A stretch of 64,000 bases of DNA from an uncultured Phycisphaerales bacterium (GCA_963844715.1 CAWJPJ010000007.1:448001-512000); one strand, 5' to 3'. Positions 32,729 through 43,829 are shown, counted from the stretch's first letter. Numbers and translations are program-made. Notes: generated from the letters alone by a model not told the origin.

Positions 32729-32833
32729 CCGTTTGGCGATCCTACCCCGCCGCAATGGCGGACACGAATTCGGAGACTGACGACGACATTTGGCCTTGAC
32801 CTTTGCGGCGTGGACGTAATCCTATTGCGGGTC

Positions 32834-33461
32834 ATGTCGTTTCAGAATGTCATTCAGATCGATCATCCGGTCGTGCAGACGAAGCTGACGGAGCTGCGCG
32901 ACTATACGGCGGATCATCGGAAGTTTCGGGCGGTGTTGAATGAGGTTGCGTCACTCATGGTTTATGAGGTGACTCGGGATTGGCCTACGACGCCTCGGCC
33001 GGTGCAGACGCCTATGGAGAGGACGACGGGGCGGGTGTTGTCTCGGCGGGTGACTTTGGTGCCGATTTTGCGCGGGGTTGGGGATGGCGGATGGGGTTTT
33101 GCGGCTGCTGCCGGATGCGCGGATGGGGCATTTGGGTGTTTATCGGGATGAGAAGACGCTTGAGCCGATTTCTTATTATCAGAAGTTGCCGGCGGATATT
33201 GCTTCGACGGAAGTGCTGCTGATCGATCCGATGCTGGCGACGGGGGGGAGCGCGACGGGGGCGGCTACGTTTCTGAAGAAGGCGGGGGTGACGAATTTGA
33301 GATTCGTCTGTCTGGTGGCGGCGCCGGCGGGGATCGAGGCATTTCATAAACAACATCCGGAAGTGGTGATTTATTGCGCGGCGATCGATCGGGAACTGAA
33401 TGAGAAAGGATTTATTCTGCCGGGATTGGGCGATGCGGGGGATCGGATTTTCGGAACTTGA
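32834..33461 (+). CDS. upp: Uracil phosphoribosyltransferase, one frameshift
   Basis: [35 protein letters not shown] and [13 protein letters not shown]. Confidence 0.95.
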
Positions 33462-33471
33462 AAAAAACAAT

Positions 33472-33567
33472 AGTTGCCAGTTGCTAGTTGCCAGTTGCCA
33501 GTGAAGATTGGCGACTGGGCGGCGTTTTCGAATTGAACTAACAACTAGCAACTAACAACTGGCAACT
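33472..33567. repeat. Inverted pair of 7-mer tandem arrays (AGTTGCC)n ... (AACTRRC)n
   Basis: agttgcc agttgct agttgcc agttgcc at 33472-33499 and aactaac aactagc aactaac aactggc aact at 33536-33567. Confidence 0.85.
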
Positions 33568-33575
33568 TCTTCTTC

Positions 33576-34315
33576 ATGTTTCATCAAACTTTCGCACCAC
33601 AGGATTTGGCGACGGTGGGGGTGCTGGTGGTGTTGGAAAGTGTTTTGTCGATCGACAACGCGCTGGTACTGGGGTTGCTTGCGGGGCGGCTGTCGCGGGC
33701 GAAGCGGATGCGGGCGCTTTCGTACGGGCTTGTTGGGGCGTTTGTTTTGCGGTTGGTGATGATCGGCACGGCGGTTTATCTGCTGCGGTGGGCGATATTG
33801 AAAGTGTTTGGCGGGGTTTATTTGCTTTGGGTGGGGGCGAGATATTTTTTGCCTCGGCGCGGGGGGCGGAAAAAAGCGATTGGGGACGCGGAGGGGCACG
33901 GGTTTTTGGGGACGGTGGTGGCGATTGAGCTGACGGATGTGGCGTTTGCGGTGGATTCGGTACTGGCGGCGGTGGCGCTGGTGGGGCCTGCGCCGCGGGG
34001 GACGCCGGGGGGGAACTGCATCCGAAACTTTGGGTGATCGTGACGGGGGGAATGCTGGGGGTGATCCTGATGCGGTTCGCGGCGGCGATGTTCGCGGTGC
34101 TGATGGAGAAGTTTCCGCGGCTGACGCGGAGCGCCTATGTGCTGGTGATACTGATCGGGGTGAAAATGTTGGTGGAGTGGGCATGCGACAACCCGCCACA
34201 CCCGCAGCGCGTCGATTTTCAGAATCCGGAGGGCGCGGCGTTCTGGATCTTCTGGAGTTTGATGGCGATCGTGCTGGCGTGGGGGCTTTTCGGACCTTCC
34301 AAGGCGTCAGATTAA
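33576..34315 (+). CDS. TerC family membrane protein, one frameshift
   Basis: LESVLSIDNALV, IELTDVAFAVDSVLAA and GVILMRF. Confidence 0.85.
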
Positions 34316-34396
34316 TTTGCTTCCGATTTACGGCGTCGGTACGATTCCGGTTTCGACCGCGAGGAAGCGCTACCTGGGCATTAGGCCGGAGTTGAC

Positions 34397-34858
34397 ATGC
34401 GTTTGTCGGAGATATTGAAGCCAGCAAACATCATTGTTCCCCTCGATGTGAAGACCAAGAACGAAGCGATCAGCGCGCTGGTTACGCGGTTGGCGGAGAA
34501 CAAGGAAATTCTGGACGCCAAGAGCGTGTTGGACGCGGTGCTGGAGCGCGAGAGCACGCGGACGACGGGGATCGGGAACGGGCTGGCGATTCCGCACGGG
34601 AAATGCACGGGGACGGCGCATCTGGTGATGGCGATCGGGAAGTTATTGACGCCGATCGATTTTCAGGCGATTGACGGTCGGCCGGTGTCGCTGGTGTGGC
34701 TGCTGACGAGCCCGCCGGATCAGACGGGGCCGCATATTCATGCGTTGGCGCGAATCAGCCGATTGATGACGATCGATAAGTTCCGGCAAACGCTGAACCA
34801 GGCGAATTCTGCGCAGGAAATTTTCAACGCGATCGTTCAGCAGGAAAATTCACTTTAA
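34397..34858 (+). CDS. PTS IIA domain protein (Fru/Ntr type)
   Basis: RESTRTTGIGNGLAIPH with the phosphorylatable His; HIHALARIS. Confidence 0.9.
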   Translation: MRLSEILKPANIIVPLDVKTKNEAISALVTRLAENKEILDAKSVLDAVLERESTRTTGIGNGLAIPHGKCTGTAHLVMAIGKLLTPIDFQAIDGRPVSLVWLLTSPPDQTGPHIHALARISRLMTIDKFRQTLNQANSAQEIFNAIVQQENSL

Positions 34859-35686
34859 CAATATGAGAAGACCCCCATGCCGGCGGCATGGGCGTTACAG
34901 AACAGGTGGGGCTGCTCTGGGTCAGGGCGAGTCCCAGGCGGCATGCGGCGGATTTCCTCGCGCTGCAATTCGCCCAGGAGGCGGGTGAGTTGCGACATGA
35001 CTTTTCGCCCCTCGAGATCGTTTTCGAGTTTCTTGAATTGGATTCCTGTGATGATGGTGTCGCCGTCGGGGGGGGCGAAGGGATTGCGCATGCGGCCTTC
35101 GAGGATCATGACTTCCTCGCGCACGGTGAGCTGGACGCGGAGGCGGTCTTCGGTGCCGATTTTTGGGGGCTCGCCGTCCTTGCCGATGAGGCGGACGCCG
35201 GCGCCGCCGATGCTGAGGTTGCGCAGGTCGGCCTGGACTTCGGCGGCGGCATTGGGGGGAGCCTTGAAATGGACGCGGTCGCCGAGTGCGCCAGATTCGG
35301 ATGGTGACTTCGCCGTCGTGGGGGATATCGACGCGGTAGTTGGAGCGCCGCTGGACGGATTTGATTTCCTTTGGCCAGGCGACGAGGACGGCGTCTACGG
35401 TGGTTTCGAAGTTGAGTTTGACGCTGGGGACGGTTCGGATCAGGGGCTGGCGAACATGGCCATGTGGGCGCCATGCTTGAAGGAGATGCCGACGGGTCTT
35501 TTCTCGGCGATGAGCTGGGCGATCAGGGCTTGTTCCTCGGGCGGGGACTCGACGAGAAAGCCTTCATCGGTGGAATTGAGGAATCTGGATTTACTGTGAC
35601 GCAGCATACCGGCGGAAGGAAGGGACAGGGCGGCTCCGACATTGCGCAATGGCTTGACGGAGAAGTTCCAAGGAATTATCAGCCAT
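34855..35686 (-). CDS. PilZ-domain c-di-GMP receptor (YcgR-like), frameshifted
   Basis: Reconstructed QRRSNYRV (RxxxR) and NLSIGG motifs; C-terminal GIQF...ELQREEIRR. Confidence 0.65.
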
Positions 35687-35765
35687 GACGCGACGGCATC
35701 CGCCAAAGATGCACCGCTGTAGAATCGGCCGGATCGCGGGGAAGATTTAGTGAGGGGGCAAATCT

Positions 35766-37258
35766 CTAGTCGAGATTCATGCTCATCAGGAATTGTGCGT
35801 TGCTGGGCACTTTTTCCAGACGTCCCTTGAGCAACTCGATGGACTCGACGGGGTTCATATCGCTGAGAACGCGTCGCAGGCGATAGACGAGATCCATCTC
35901 CTTGGGATCGAGCAGGAGTTCTTCGCGGCGGGTGCCGCTGGAGTTGATGTCGATGGCCGGATAAATGCGCTTGTCGACGAGCCGGCGGTCGAGATGGAGT
36001 TCGGCGTTGCCGGTGCCTTTGAACTCCTCGAAGATGACTTCGTCCATTTTGCTGCCGGTGTCGATGAGGGCGGTGGCGAGGATGGTGAGGCTGCCGCCTT
36101 CTTCGATGTTTCGGGCGGCTCCGAAGAAGCGTTTTGGCTTCTGGAGGGCGTTGGCGTCGACGCCGCCGGTGAGGATCTTTCCGCTGTGGGGGACTTCGGT
36201 GTTATAGGCGCGGGCGAGGCGCGTGATGCTGTCGAGGAGGATGACGACGTCCTTGCCGAACTCGACGTAGCGTTTGGCTTTTTCGATGACCATTTCAGCG
36301 ACCTGGACGTGGCGGCTGGCGGGCTCGTCGAAGGTGCTGGAGACGACCTCGGCCTTGGTGTTGCGCTCCATGTCCGTGACTTCTTCGGGCGCTCGTCGAT
36401 CAGCAGAACGATCAGGACGACTTCCGGATGGTTCTTGGTGATGGCGTTGGCGATTTTTTGGAGAAGGACGGTTTTGCCGGTTCGCGGCGGCGCGACGATG
36501 AGCATGCGCTGACCTTTGCCGATGGGCGTGACCAGATCGACGATGCGCATGTTGAGGTCTTTGGGATCGTGCTCGAGGATCAAGCGGCCGCTGGGATGCA
36601 GCGGTGTCAGGTCTTCAAAGTTGCTGACGTCGGTGATGCGTTCGGGGTCTTCGCCGTTGATGGCTTCGACGCGGAGGAGCGCGAAATAACGTTCGGATTC
36701 CTTGGGGGGACGGATTTGTCCCTGGACGACGTGCCCGTTGCGCAGGCCGAAGCGTCGGATCTGGCTGGGGCTGATGTAGATGTCGTCGGGGCAGGGGAGA
36801 TAGTTGTATTCGGGGCTACGGAGAAACCCGAAGCCGTCGGGGAGAATTTCCAGGACGCCTTCGCCGTACATCAGGCCGTTCTGGCGGATGCGGGCGCGCA
36901 GAATCTGGAAGATGAGGTCCTGTTTCTTGAGGCCGACGTAATCGGTGATTCCCTCTTCCTTGGCGATGTCGTGCAGTTTGTGCACGTCCATGGTCTGGAG
37001 GTCTTTGATGTAGAGTTTTCCGCCTTTGACCTGTTCGTATTTGGCGTTGGTTTCGGCGTCAAAATTGGCGACGTCCTCGCCCGAGCCCGGGGCGGGTTTG
37101 CGGGGCTCTTCTTTGGGGGCTTCTTCGGCCGGTGGTTGCGCTGTGGCGACGGCGGGGGCCGCCTCCTGGCGACGTTCGTGCTCCTGCACCTCATCGCCGG
37201 AATTCGCATGATGCGAGCCGCTGCCGCGCCGAGTCCGGGCGCCGGTTGTCTTTGCCAT
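35766..37258 (-). CDS. rho: Transcription termination factor Rho, one frameshift
   Basis: [13 protein letters not shown]...[27 protein letters not shown] and FEEFKGTGN. Confidence 0.97.
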
Positions 37259-37501
37259 GAAAGGTCTCCTACTAGAACATAAAAAACAGAGCAAAAAGGG
37301 GAAATGGCGTGAAGAAGCAGGCGCCTGGGGGCAAATCCTCGACCCGAGGCGACCGGGGCGCTCAAAGGCGGCTAGCGCCGCCTGCGAGTCCGACACGATA
37401 CGTCTCTCTTACCCTTGTGAATGGGATCAGGGGACACCTAAGCTTAGCGGGATCACCCGAACAATTCATCCTGAAAACCGCTCGTTCCCTGGCCTGAAAT
37501 A

Positions 37502-38125
37502 TTATCCTGATTTCATGCTTGCAAGGGTTCGGGAAAGCACTTCATTGACTTGGGTGCGGGCATATTCCGCGTCGGCGGTGTTAACGACAACATAATCGGA
37601 TATTTCGCGCTTCTTGTCCAGAGGCCACTGCAATTTTTCGCGGCGATCCAGTTCCTGGGGGTCCCACCCGCGGGAGTCCCGGACCCGCGCAACCCGCTGC
37701 GCCAGCGAGGCCTGAACGAAAATCACGGCATCGCATTGGGTGGTTAATCCCGATTCAAATAATAGGGGGGTATCCCACACAAAAGCGGTAATTTCCGGAT
37801 TTTTTGCAATCGCGGCGTCCATGGCCCGGCGGCGGGCGTCGTCAACTCGCGGGTGAAGAAGGGCCTCGAGTTTTTTGAGTTCCTTTTCGTCGGAAAAGAC
37901 GCGGTTAGCGATGGCCTGGCGATTGGCGGTGCCGTCGGGATTGACGACTTCGGGGCCCCACCAGGATTGCAGAATTTGCACGAGCTGGGGGTTTTGATAT
38001 TCCTGTCGAACCAGTTGGTCGGAATCGACGACGAAGCAACCCTTTTGCGCAAGGAGGTTAGCGACGAGGCTTTTTCCGCTGCCGATGCCGCCGACGATGC
38101 CAAGGATGGGCTTTCCTGCGTACAT
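37502..38125 (-). CDS. coaE: Dephospho-CoA kinase
   Basis: GIVGGIGSGKS, LEALLHP and DTPLLFE. Confidence 0.92.
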   Translation of the reverse strand: MYAGKPILGIVGGIGSGKSLVANLLAQKGCFVVDSDQLVRQEYQNPQLVQILQSWWGPEVVNPDGTANRQAIANRVFSDEKELKKLEALLHPRVDDARRRAMDAAIAKNPEITAFVWDTPLLFESGLTTQCDAVIFVQASLAQRVARVRDSRGWDPQELDRREKLQWPLDKKREISDYVVVNTADAEYARTQVNEVLSRTLASMKSG

Positions 38126-38144
38126 GCTGTTTATTCGATATTAG

Positions 38145-38585
38145 TTAGATGGCGATGGCGTATTCGATAATTTCGAGCGGATTTCCGGCGGGGTCATAGA
38201 GGGCGATGACGTCGTCGCCGGGAGTGATGCCGCGGAGGCGCATGAATTCGATCTCGGCGTCATTGAGTCGCTGCGCCAAATCGGCCAGGGAAGGGACGGC
38301 GATGCCGAGGGAGCGCATGTCCTCTCGCGGCTGGGGGCGCTCGGTGATGTCGAAATAGAGATCGTGATTCTCGGCGCTGTAGACAATATCGCGCGTGTCC
38401 TCGCGGCGAAAAAATTGAAGCAGTCCAAGATAGAACTGATCGAGTTTTCGCTCGATGCCGGCGGTGGCAGGGAGGCGGCAATCGTCGATGGCAATAAGCC
38501 GCACGAGGGGAGGCTGTTCGATTTTTGGGCGGCGGTCCTCGACCGGCTCGAAGGGCGTCGCGATCGGCTCCAATTCCATTGCCAT
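38145..38585 (-). CDS. VOC/glyoxalase-like protein
   Basis: FYLGLL, LGIAV and YDPAGNPLEI motifs. Confidence 0.6.
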   Translation of the reverse strand: MAMELEPIATPFEPVEDRRPKIEQPPLVRLIAIDDCRLPATAGIERKLDQFYLGLLQFFRREDTRDIVYSAENHDLYFDITERPQPREDMRSLGIAVPSLADLAQRLNDAEIEFMRLRGITPGDDVIALYDPAGNPLEIIEYAIAI

Positions 38586-38623
38586 GCTCGCGCCTTTGTC
38601 TGTAGAGCGGCCTTCACCCGATC

Positions 38624-39187
38624 CTAGCGGAGCATTCCCGCTTTCTTGGCGAAGGGGAATAATCCGCCTGCTTCGATGATGGGCAGGACGTCTCCCAGCG
38701 GCGCAGCGCGTGGCGGGCGCTGCCGCGGGAATGGTTGATTACGCATTGTTTTTCCAGATCGACTTCGAGTTCGTCGCCGGTGTGGATTTTTTCGACCAGG
38801 CGTTCGGCGGATTCGATGGGGACGAGATAGCCGCCGTTTACGCTGTTGCGGAAGAAGATTCTGGCATAGAACTCGGCAATCACACAGGAGCACCCCGCTT
38901 CGGCGAGCGCGAGGGGAGCGTGTTCGCGGCTGGAGCCGCTGCCGAAATTTTTTCCGCCGACGACGATTTGGAAATCGCTTTTGAATTCGTTTTCGCGGAC
39001 GAATCGGATGTGCCCGTTGGGGAGACCGGCTTGCGCCGTCCGGGACGCTGCTCATGGCGTACATGCCGAAGAATTTTCGTTCCTCGGGAATCGACGGATT
39101 ATACGAGAGGTACTTCGCCGGGATGATCTGGTCCGTGTCGATGTTATCGCCAAGGACGTAGGCTTTCCCGCGGATGACGGTTTGCAT
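38624..39187 (-). CDS. leuD: 3-isopropylmalate dehydratase small subunit, frameshifted
   Basis: GDNIDTDQIIPA, NFGSGSSREHAP, ARIFFRN and IIEAGGL. Confidence 0.85.
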   Translation of the reverse strand: MQTVIRGKAYVLGDNIDTDQIIPAKYLSYNPSIPEERKFFGMYAMSSVPDGASRSPQRAHPIRPRKRIQKRFPNRRRRKKFRQRLQPRTRSPRARRSGVLLCDCRVLCQNLLPQQRKRRLSRPHRIRRTPGRKNPHRRRTRSRSGKTMRNQPFPRQRPPRAAPLGDVLPIIEAGGLFPFAKKAGMLR

Positions 39188-39485
39188 GGAAGCGACTCCG
39201 GATCGAACAAAAAAATTTGCGCTACGCCAACATATTTGCAGCGGTCGATGGAACGAATTTTGAGGATCGCCTGGCAATTATCGCGTGTTGGCTGCGTTCA
39301 ATACGGTTATACAACTCTAGTTCGCGGCTTGCCACATGGTTTGGGCATTTCGCGGTTTCCCGTTGATTGCGCACTGGCGAAAAAGCGCAGAATCAAATCA
39401 AAAACGAGGATAAGGCGATTTGAAGCAACCAATCCTGCAAGAGTGATGACAGAAAGCGGTCAAATGAAAGAGCGTTGAAAAAACC

Positions 39486-39522
39486 AAAAAAGAAGACACC
39501 GGCATTTCTGCACGGTGTCTTC
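39486..39522 (-). terminator. Intrinsic terminator on the minus strand
   Basis: 10-bp stem GAAGACACCG/CGGTGTCTTC followed by a U6 run on the minus strand. Confidence 0.8.
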
Positions 39523-39568
39523 CGGAGGGGAGAAAATGCGCCGTCAGCGCGAACGGTATAAATTGCCT
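39486..39568 (-). ncRNA. Candidate small regulatory RNA of about 80 nt with an anti-SD motif
   Basis: Own promoter (TTGCTT, 17 nt, TAAGAT at 39602-39574), single-stranded UCUCCCCUCC, then a terminator. Confidence 0.5.
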
Positions 39569-39694
39569 ATTTTATCTTAATCACGAGCAGATCATTAAGC
39601 AAGAAGTTCGATCTGCCCGCACCATTCAAGAAACCCATCGGCCGCGACCTTCAAACCTCTACAATGATTTTTTCGGAAAATATCGTGAAATTGC

Positions 39695-40405
39695 TTAACA
39701 ATGGAAAATATCAACGCTGGTCGATATGAGATTTTTGTAGCTGGGCGACGGCTTTAAAGATGCGCGAGGTGGCTTCCTCGACGCCGGCGCGAGTTTTCTG
39801 AAGATTCGATAAATCCACCGCTGGACCGAAGGAGACCGAGGCTGCGGCGGGTAGAGTGAAGGCGGCGAGGAACTCGCGGCCGCGCTGGTTTCCATCGAGA
39901 TAAGCCGGAAAGACGGGGGCGCGGTCCGCAGGGCCAGGAGGCCGATGCCCTGCTGGAAGGGGATTAGATCGGGGGTGGACTCGATTTTTCCTTCGGGGAA
40001 GACGCCGAGGAGCAGGCCGTTTTGGAGAGCACGGATGGCGGCACGTGTGGCGGCGGTGTCGTAGCCGGTGCGCTGGACGGGGATGGCGCCGACGAGCTTA
40101 TAGAGCCATTGCAGGCCGGTCTGGTCGAAATATTCGCGGGCCATCATCCAGCGGGCGAGCCTGGGGCAGCCGGTTTGGAGTAGGAGGGGATCGAGGCCGC
40201 TGGTGTGGTTGGAAACGAGGATGGCCGGGCCGGTGCGCGGGATCTGGCAGGGGGATTCGATTTTCAGGGAGTGATAGATGCGGGAGTAGATGGAAGTAAA
40301 GGAGCGTAAGCAACGGACGAGGGTGGATTTTTCGGGGCGGCCCAAAGATGCATCGGCAGGCGGCGGCACAGGCGGGGGAATACTTGATTGGGTGGAATCG
40401 TGCAA
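39695..40405 (-). CDS. Lysophospholipid acyltransferase (PlsC family), C-terminus probably frameshifted
   Basis: SNHTSGLD (NHxSxxD) and FPEG motifs. Confidence 0.85.
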   Translation of the reverse strand: MHDSTQSSIPPPVPPPADASLGRPEKSTLVRCLRSFTSIYSRIYHSLKIESPCQIPRTGPAILVSNHTSGLDPLLLQTGCPRLARWMMAREYFDQTGLQWLYKLVGAIPVQRTGYDTAATRAAIRALQNGLLLGVFPEGKIESTPDLIPFQQGIGLLALRTAPPSFRLISMETSAAASSSPPSLYPPQPRSPSVQRWIYRIFRKLAPASRKPPRASLKPSPSYKNLISTSVDIFHC

Positions 40406-40446
40406 TCTGGCGTCGGGCAGGGCTGCGGGGAGAATCGGCGTTTAGA

Positions 40447-41425
40447 GTGATTCGGGTACTGACAATCACGAATAATTTGCGGCAGGCGTCGTTTCGGTTG
40501 CGCATTCAATCGCTGGTTGGGAGACTTGCCGAGCGGGGGGTGCAACTCGAGATCGTCGAACGGGAGCGGGGATTTTTTGCACGGCGGAAGATGCTGAGGT
40601 CGGCCGGGGGTTACGACGCGGTGCTGCTGCAACGGAAAATGCTCGATCCGGGGGATATGAATATTTTGCGGCGATGCGCGGCGGATTGTGTTTGACGTGG
40701 ACGACGCGGTGATGATTCACAGCCGGCCGGTGGGGGCGATCGAGCGATGGCGCACGGGGCGACGATTTACGGCGACGGCGAAGAATGTCGATCTGGTGGT
40801 GGCCGGGAATGAATACCTGGCCGGGTTGTTTCGCGCACAGGGGGCGAAGACGGTTGTGCTGCCGACGTGCGTGGATGCGGCGCGCTATCAGACGAAGGCG
40901 GCGGGGCAATCGGGTTCGACGACTTTGGTTTGGATTGGGAGTCGATCGACGTTGCGGTACTTGCAGGAATCATTCGGGGCGCTGTCGGAAGCGGCGCGGA
41001 GCGTGGCGGGGCTTCGGCTGGTCGTGATCGCGGATGTTGGGCCGGAGAATTGTCCGATTCCGATGGAGCTCGTTGTATGGTCGATCGAGGGGGAAGCGGC
41101 GGCGCTGGGTCGCGGAGATATTGGGATTGCGCCGACGCCGTCCGATCCCTGGACGCTGGGGAAATGCGGGTTCAAGATTATTCAGTATATGGCGGCGGGG
41201 TTGCCGGTGATTGCCAGTCCAGTGGGGGCGAATGCGGAGATTGTGGTTGGGGGGGAGACGGGATTGTTGCCGGGGGATTTTTCGAAATGGCCGGAGGCGA
41301 TTGCGGCGCTGGCGGGGAATTGCGAGCTGCGGGGGAGAATGGGGGCGGCGGGGAGGAAGCGGGTGGAGGAGAAATTCACGATTGAATTTGCGGCGGATCA
41401 GTGGGCGCGGTGGCTGAGGGAATAG
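40447..41425 (+). CDS. Glycosyltransferase family 4, one frameshift
   Basis: ASFRLR, FDVDDA, WIGS and GKCGFKIIQYMAAGLP. Confidence 0.8.
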
Positions 41426-42495
41426 ATTTCTTCGAGGCGATGTAGATGGGATTCGTAGGAGAGCCTGGGACGCAGAGCCAGGGCGGCGGTTTTCATTTTG
41501 GCGCGGCGATTTGGATCGAGCATTTGGGACATTGCGTCGGCGAGTGCGGGGACATTTTTTGGGTCGGGGAGGACGAAGCCTTCGAGGGCGCCGGTCATGA
41601 TTTCGCAGGCGCCGTTGAAGGCGGTGCTGATGACGGGGAGGCCCATGGCGAGGGATTCGAGGACGACGAGGCTGCAGGAGTCGTAGGAGGTGGGAAGCAC
41701 AAAGAAATCGGCGGCGGAGTAGAAGTCGGCGGGGGATTCGGTGGTTCCGGCGAAGATGACGCGGTCCGAGACGCCGAGACGCTCGGCGAGCTTTTTTGCG
41801 GGGGCGGGGTTGTCGCGGCCGACTATGCAGAGGGCGATTCGATTATCAATCTTAGCGAGGGCTTCGATGGCTTGAGGGAGGCCTTTTTGCCGGAAATGCT
41901 GGGCGATCATCAGGCCGACGGTCTGGCCCGGGCGGAATTTGAAACGCTCGCGCATTTTGCGATCATGTTTGGTTGGATCGAATTTTTGCAGGTCTACGGC
42001 GTTGAAAAGTTTTTCCAAACGGGGGGCGAGATTGGGGTAGCTCTTCAAAATAAATCCCTTCACAAAGTCGGAGAGACAGATGACGCGCGGGGGATTTGGG
42101 CCGGTGAGTAATTTTTCCTCGACCTGGGCGTAGAGGGTTCGCTTGCGATTGAAGCGGTTGAGGAATTTGGAATCGTAGGAGGACTTGGCCATGCCGGCGT
42201 GGGGGTGATAGATGTCGCAGCGGGGGATGGGGAGCATGGAGTGGATGATGCCGTAGGAGTTGGATTGGAAGTGGTCATGCAGAGCGCCGAGGAATTTTTG
42301 GTATTCGCCGGCGCGGGTGGGGGATTTTGCGGGGAGTGGGACGGGTTGTACGCCGTCAATCGATGCGCCGAATCGGGCGGCGAGGAGGTGGACTTGGTGT
42401 CCGCGTTTGGCGAGGGCGGCGGCGAGGTCGGCGGTGTATCGCTCGGCGCCGCCGCGGGCGGGATCGGCGGAAAAAATCACCAAGGCGATGTTCAC
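41398..42495 (-). CDS. Glycosyltransferase family 4 (WaaG/RfaG-like)
   Basis: GGAERY, QKGL and PTSYDSCSLVVLESLAMGLP. Confidence 0.85.
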   Translation of the reverse strand: MNIALVIFSADPARGGAERYTADLAAALAKRGHQVHLLAARFGASIDGVQPVPLPAKSPTRAGEYQKFLGALHDHFQSNSYGIIHSMLPIPRCDIYHPHAGMAKSSYDSKFLNRFNRKRTLYAQVEEKLLTGPNPPRVICLSDFVKGFILKSYPNLAPRLEKLFNAVDLQKFDPTKHDRKMRERFKFRPGQTVGLMIAQHFRQKGLPQAIEALAKIDNRIALCIVGRDNPAPAKKLAERLGVSDRVIFAGTTESPADFYSAADFFVLPTSYDSCSLVVLESLAMGLPVISTAFNGACEIMTGALEGFVLPDPKNVPALADAMSQMLDPNRRAKMKTAALALRPRLSYESHLHRLEEIYSLSHRAH

Positions 42496-42546
42496 GCCGG
42501 AGGAGGTTACGCCGGTGGTGGGATGCAGGCAACTTGCGGGGGGCGG

Positions 42547-43635
42547 TCAGCTTTGTGGCTCCGGAGTGTGAAAATATCGTTTCAATCTGAGGATCGGCTG
42601 CTCGAAGAAATGCCAACTTAGCCAGGCGATGGCGATTGACGCGGCGACGGCGGTGATCAGGCGAAGGGCCTCGGAGGCGATGTATCGGTTGCAGAGCGCG
42701 ATGATGAGGGAGTGCACGACGTAGAGGCAATAGCTGTATTTTCCGAAGAATCTCAGGAAGCGCGAGGTCATGATTCGCCAGGGGTTGGCAACGTTCATGG
42801 CGACGACGCCGGCGAAGGCGACGGCGGTCACGGTGTATCCGATGGTTTGGGCGGGGAAAGAATCGGGCGTGTAATGGGGGATTAAAAACGGCAAGGCGAA
42901 TAGGAGAATTAGGCCCACGATTGCCATGGGCGTGGCGTAAGTCGGCTGTCCCATGCGCAGGCGAATCGCAACCCAGCCGCCGAGGGCCAAGCCGTCAAAG
43001 CGGCAAAAGGTGAACAGGTACGTAAAGTATGGGTTGGTCCAGACCAGAGCGGAGACGACGCGCAGGGCCAGGGAGAATACGATGGTGCCGAGGCAAATAT
43101 TCGGCAAGGCGCGCTGGCGCGCCAGCGCGATCAGAAGAGGCCAGATGAAATAAAAGTGTTCCTCGATGGCGAGAGACCAGAATGGATCGAAGGGGGCGCA
43201 GATCCATCCTTTGACGGATTCGAGGAGATTGGCGCCGTAGAACCACCACCAGAGTTGGTAGTGGAGGAATCTTGGATAGCCGTCGATGCGGGCTTTGATC
43301 AGCAGGGGGGCGAGGATGAGGGCGAGGGCGAGGAATCCATAATAGACGGGGAAGATGCGGAGGATTCGGCGGGCGTAGAAGTTTCGGAAGTAGTGCTGGC
43401 CGCCGCGGGAGTCGTAGAGGATGCTGGTGATGAGGAAGCCGCTGAGGACGAAGAAGAGTTCGACGCCTAGCCAGCCGTGATGGGAGACTCGGCCTAGGAA
43501 GGAGTTGTCGTAGCGGAGGAGGTGGTAGAAGAGGACGAGGAGGATGGCGAGGCCGCGGATGCCGTCTAGGGCGGGGAGACGGGAGGCGGGCGGGGCCTTT
43601 TTGGGGATCAATTCTGGGGCCCCTGCGAGGTTCAT
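42547..43635 (-). CDS. Acyltransferase family 3 (OafA-like)
   Basis: LDGIRGLA, GVELFFVLSGFLIT, RRILRIFP, WSLAIEEHFY and SWHFFEQP. Confidence 0.92.
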   Translation of the reverse strand: MNLAGAPELIPKKAPPASRLPALDGIRGLAILLVLFYHLLRYDNSFLGRVSHHGWLGVELFFVLSGFLITSILYDSRGGQHYFRNFYARRILRIFPVYYGFLALALILAPLLIKARIDGYPRFLHYQLWWWFYGANLLESVKGWICAPFDPFWSLAIEEHFYFIWPLLIALARQRALPNICLGTIVFSLALRVVSALVWTNPYFTYLFTFCRFDGLALGGWVAIRLRMGQPTYATPMAIVGLILLFALPFLIPHYTPDSFPAQTIGYTVTAVAFAGVVAMNVANPWRIMTSRFLRFFGKYSYCLYVVHSLIIALCNRYIASEALRLITAVAASIAIAWLSWHFFEQPILRLKRYFHTPEPQS

Positions 43636-43829
43636 CGTCGCGAAAGGTTACGGAGCGTATGGGTGGCAGGCAAATTTGGGTGGGGGGTTCGATTTCAGGG
43701 GGCGCGGTGTGGGGGTGGGAACGCGGTGCTGCGCACCGCCGCTAAATGGGGGGATGATCGGTGGCGGTTGTCCCGGCGGTTGGCCGATCTATACTTTCTG
43801 GGCTTAAGTTGTCGGGAAAGCCGTTTTTT

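Noticed and set aside
43640..43829. SAM or cobalamin riboswitch before metH
   Set aside because: The gap is short and shows no recognisable aptamer consensus.
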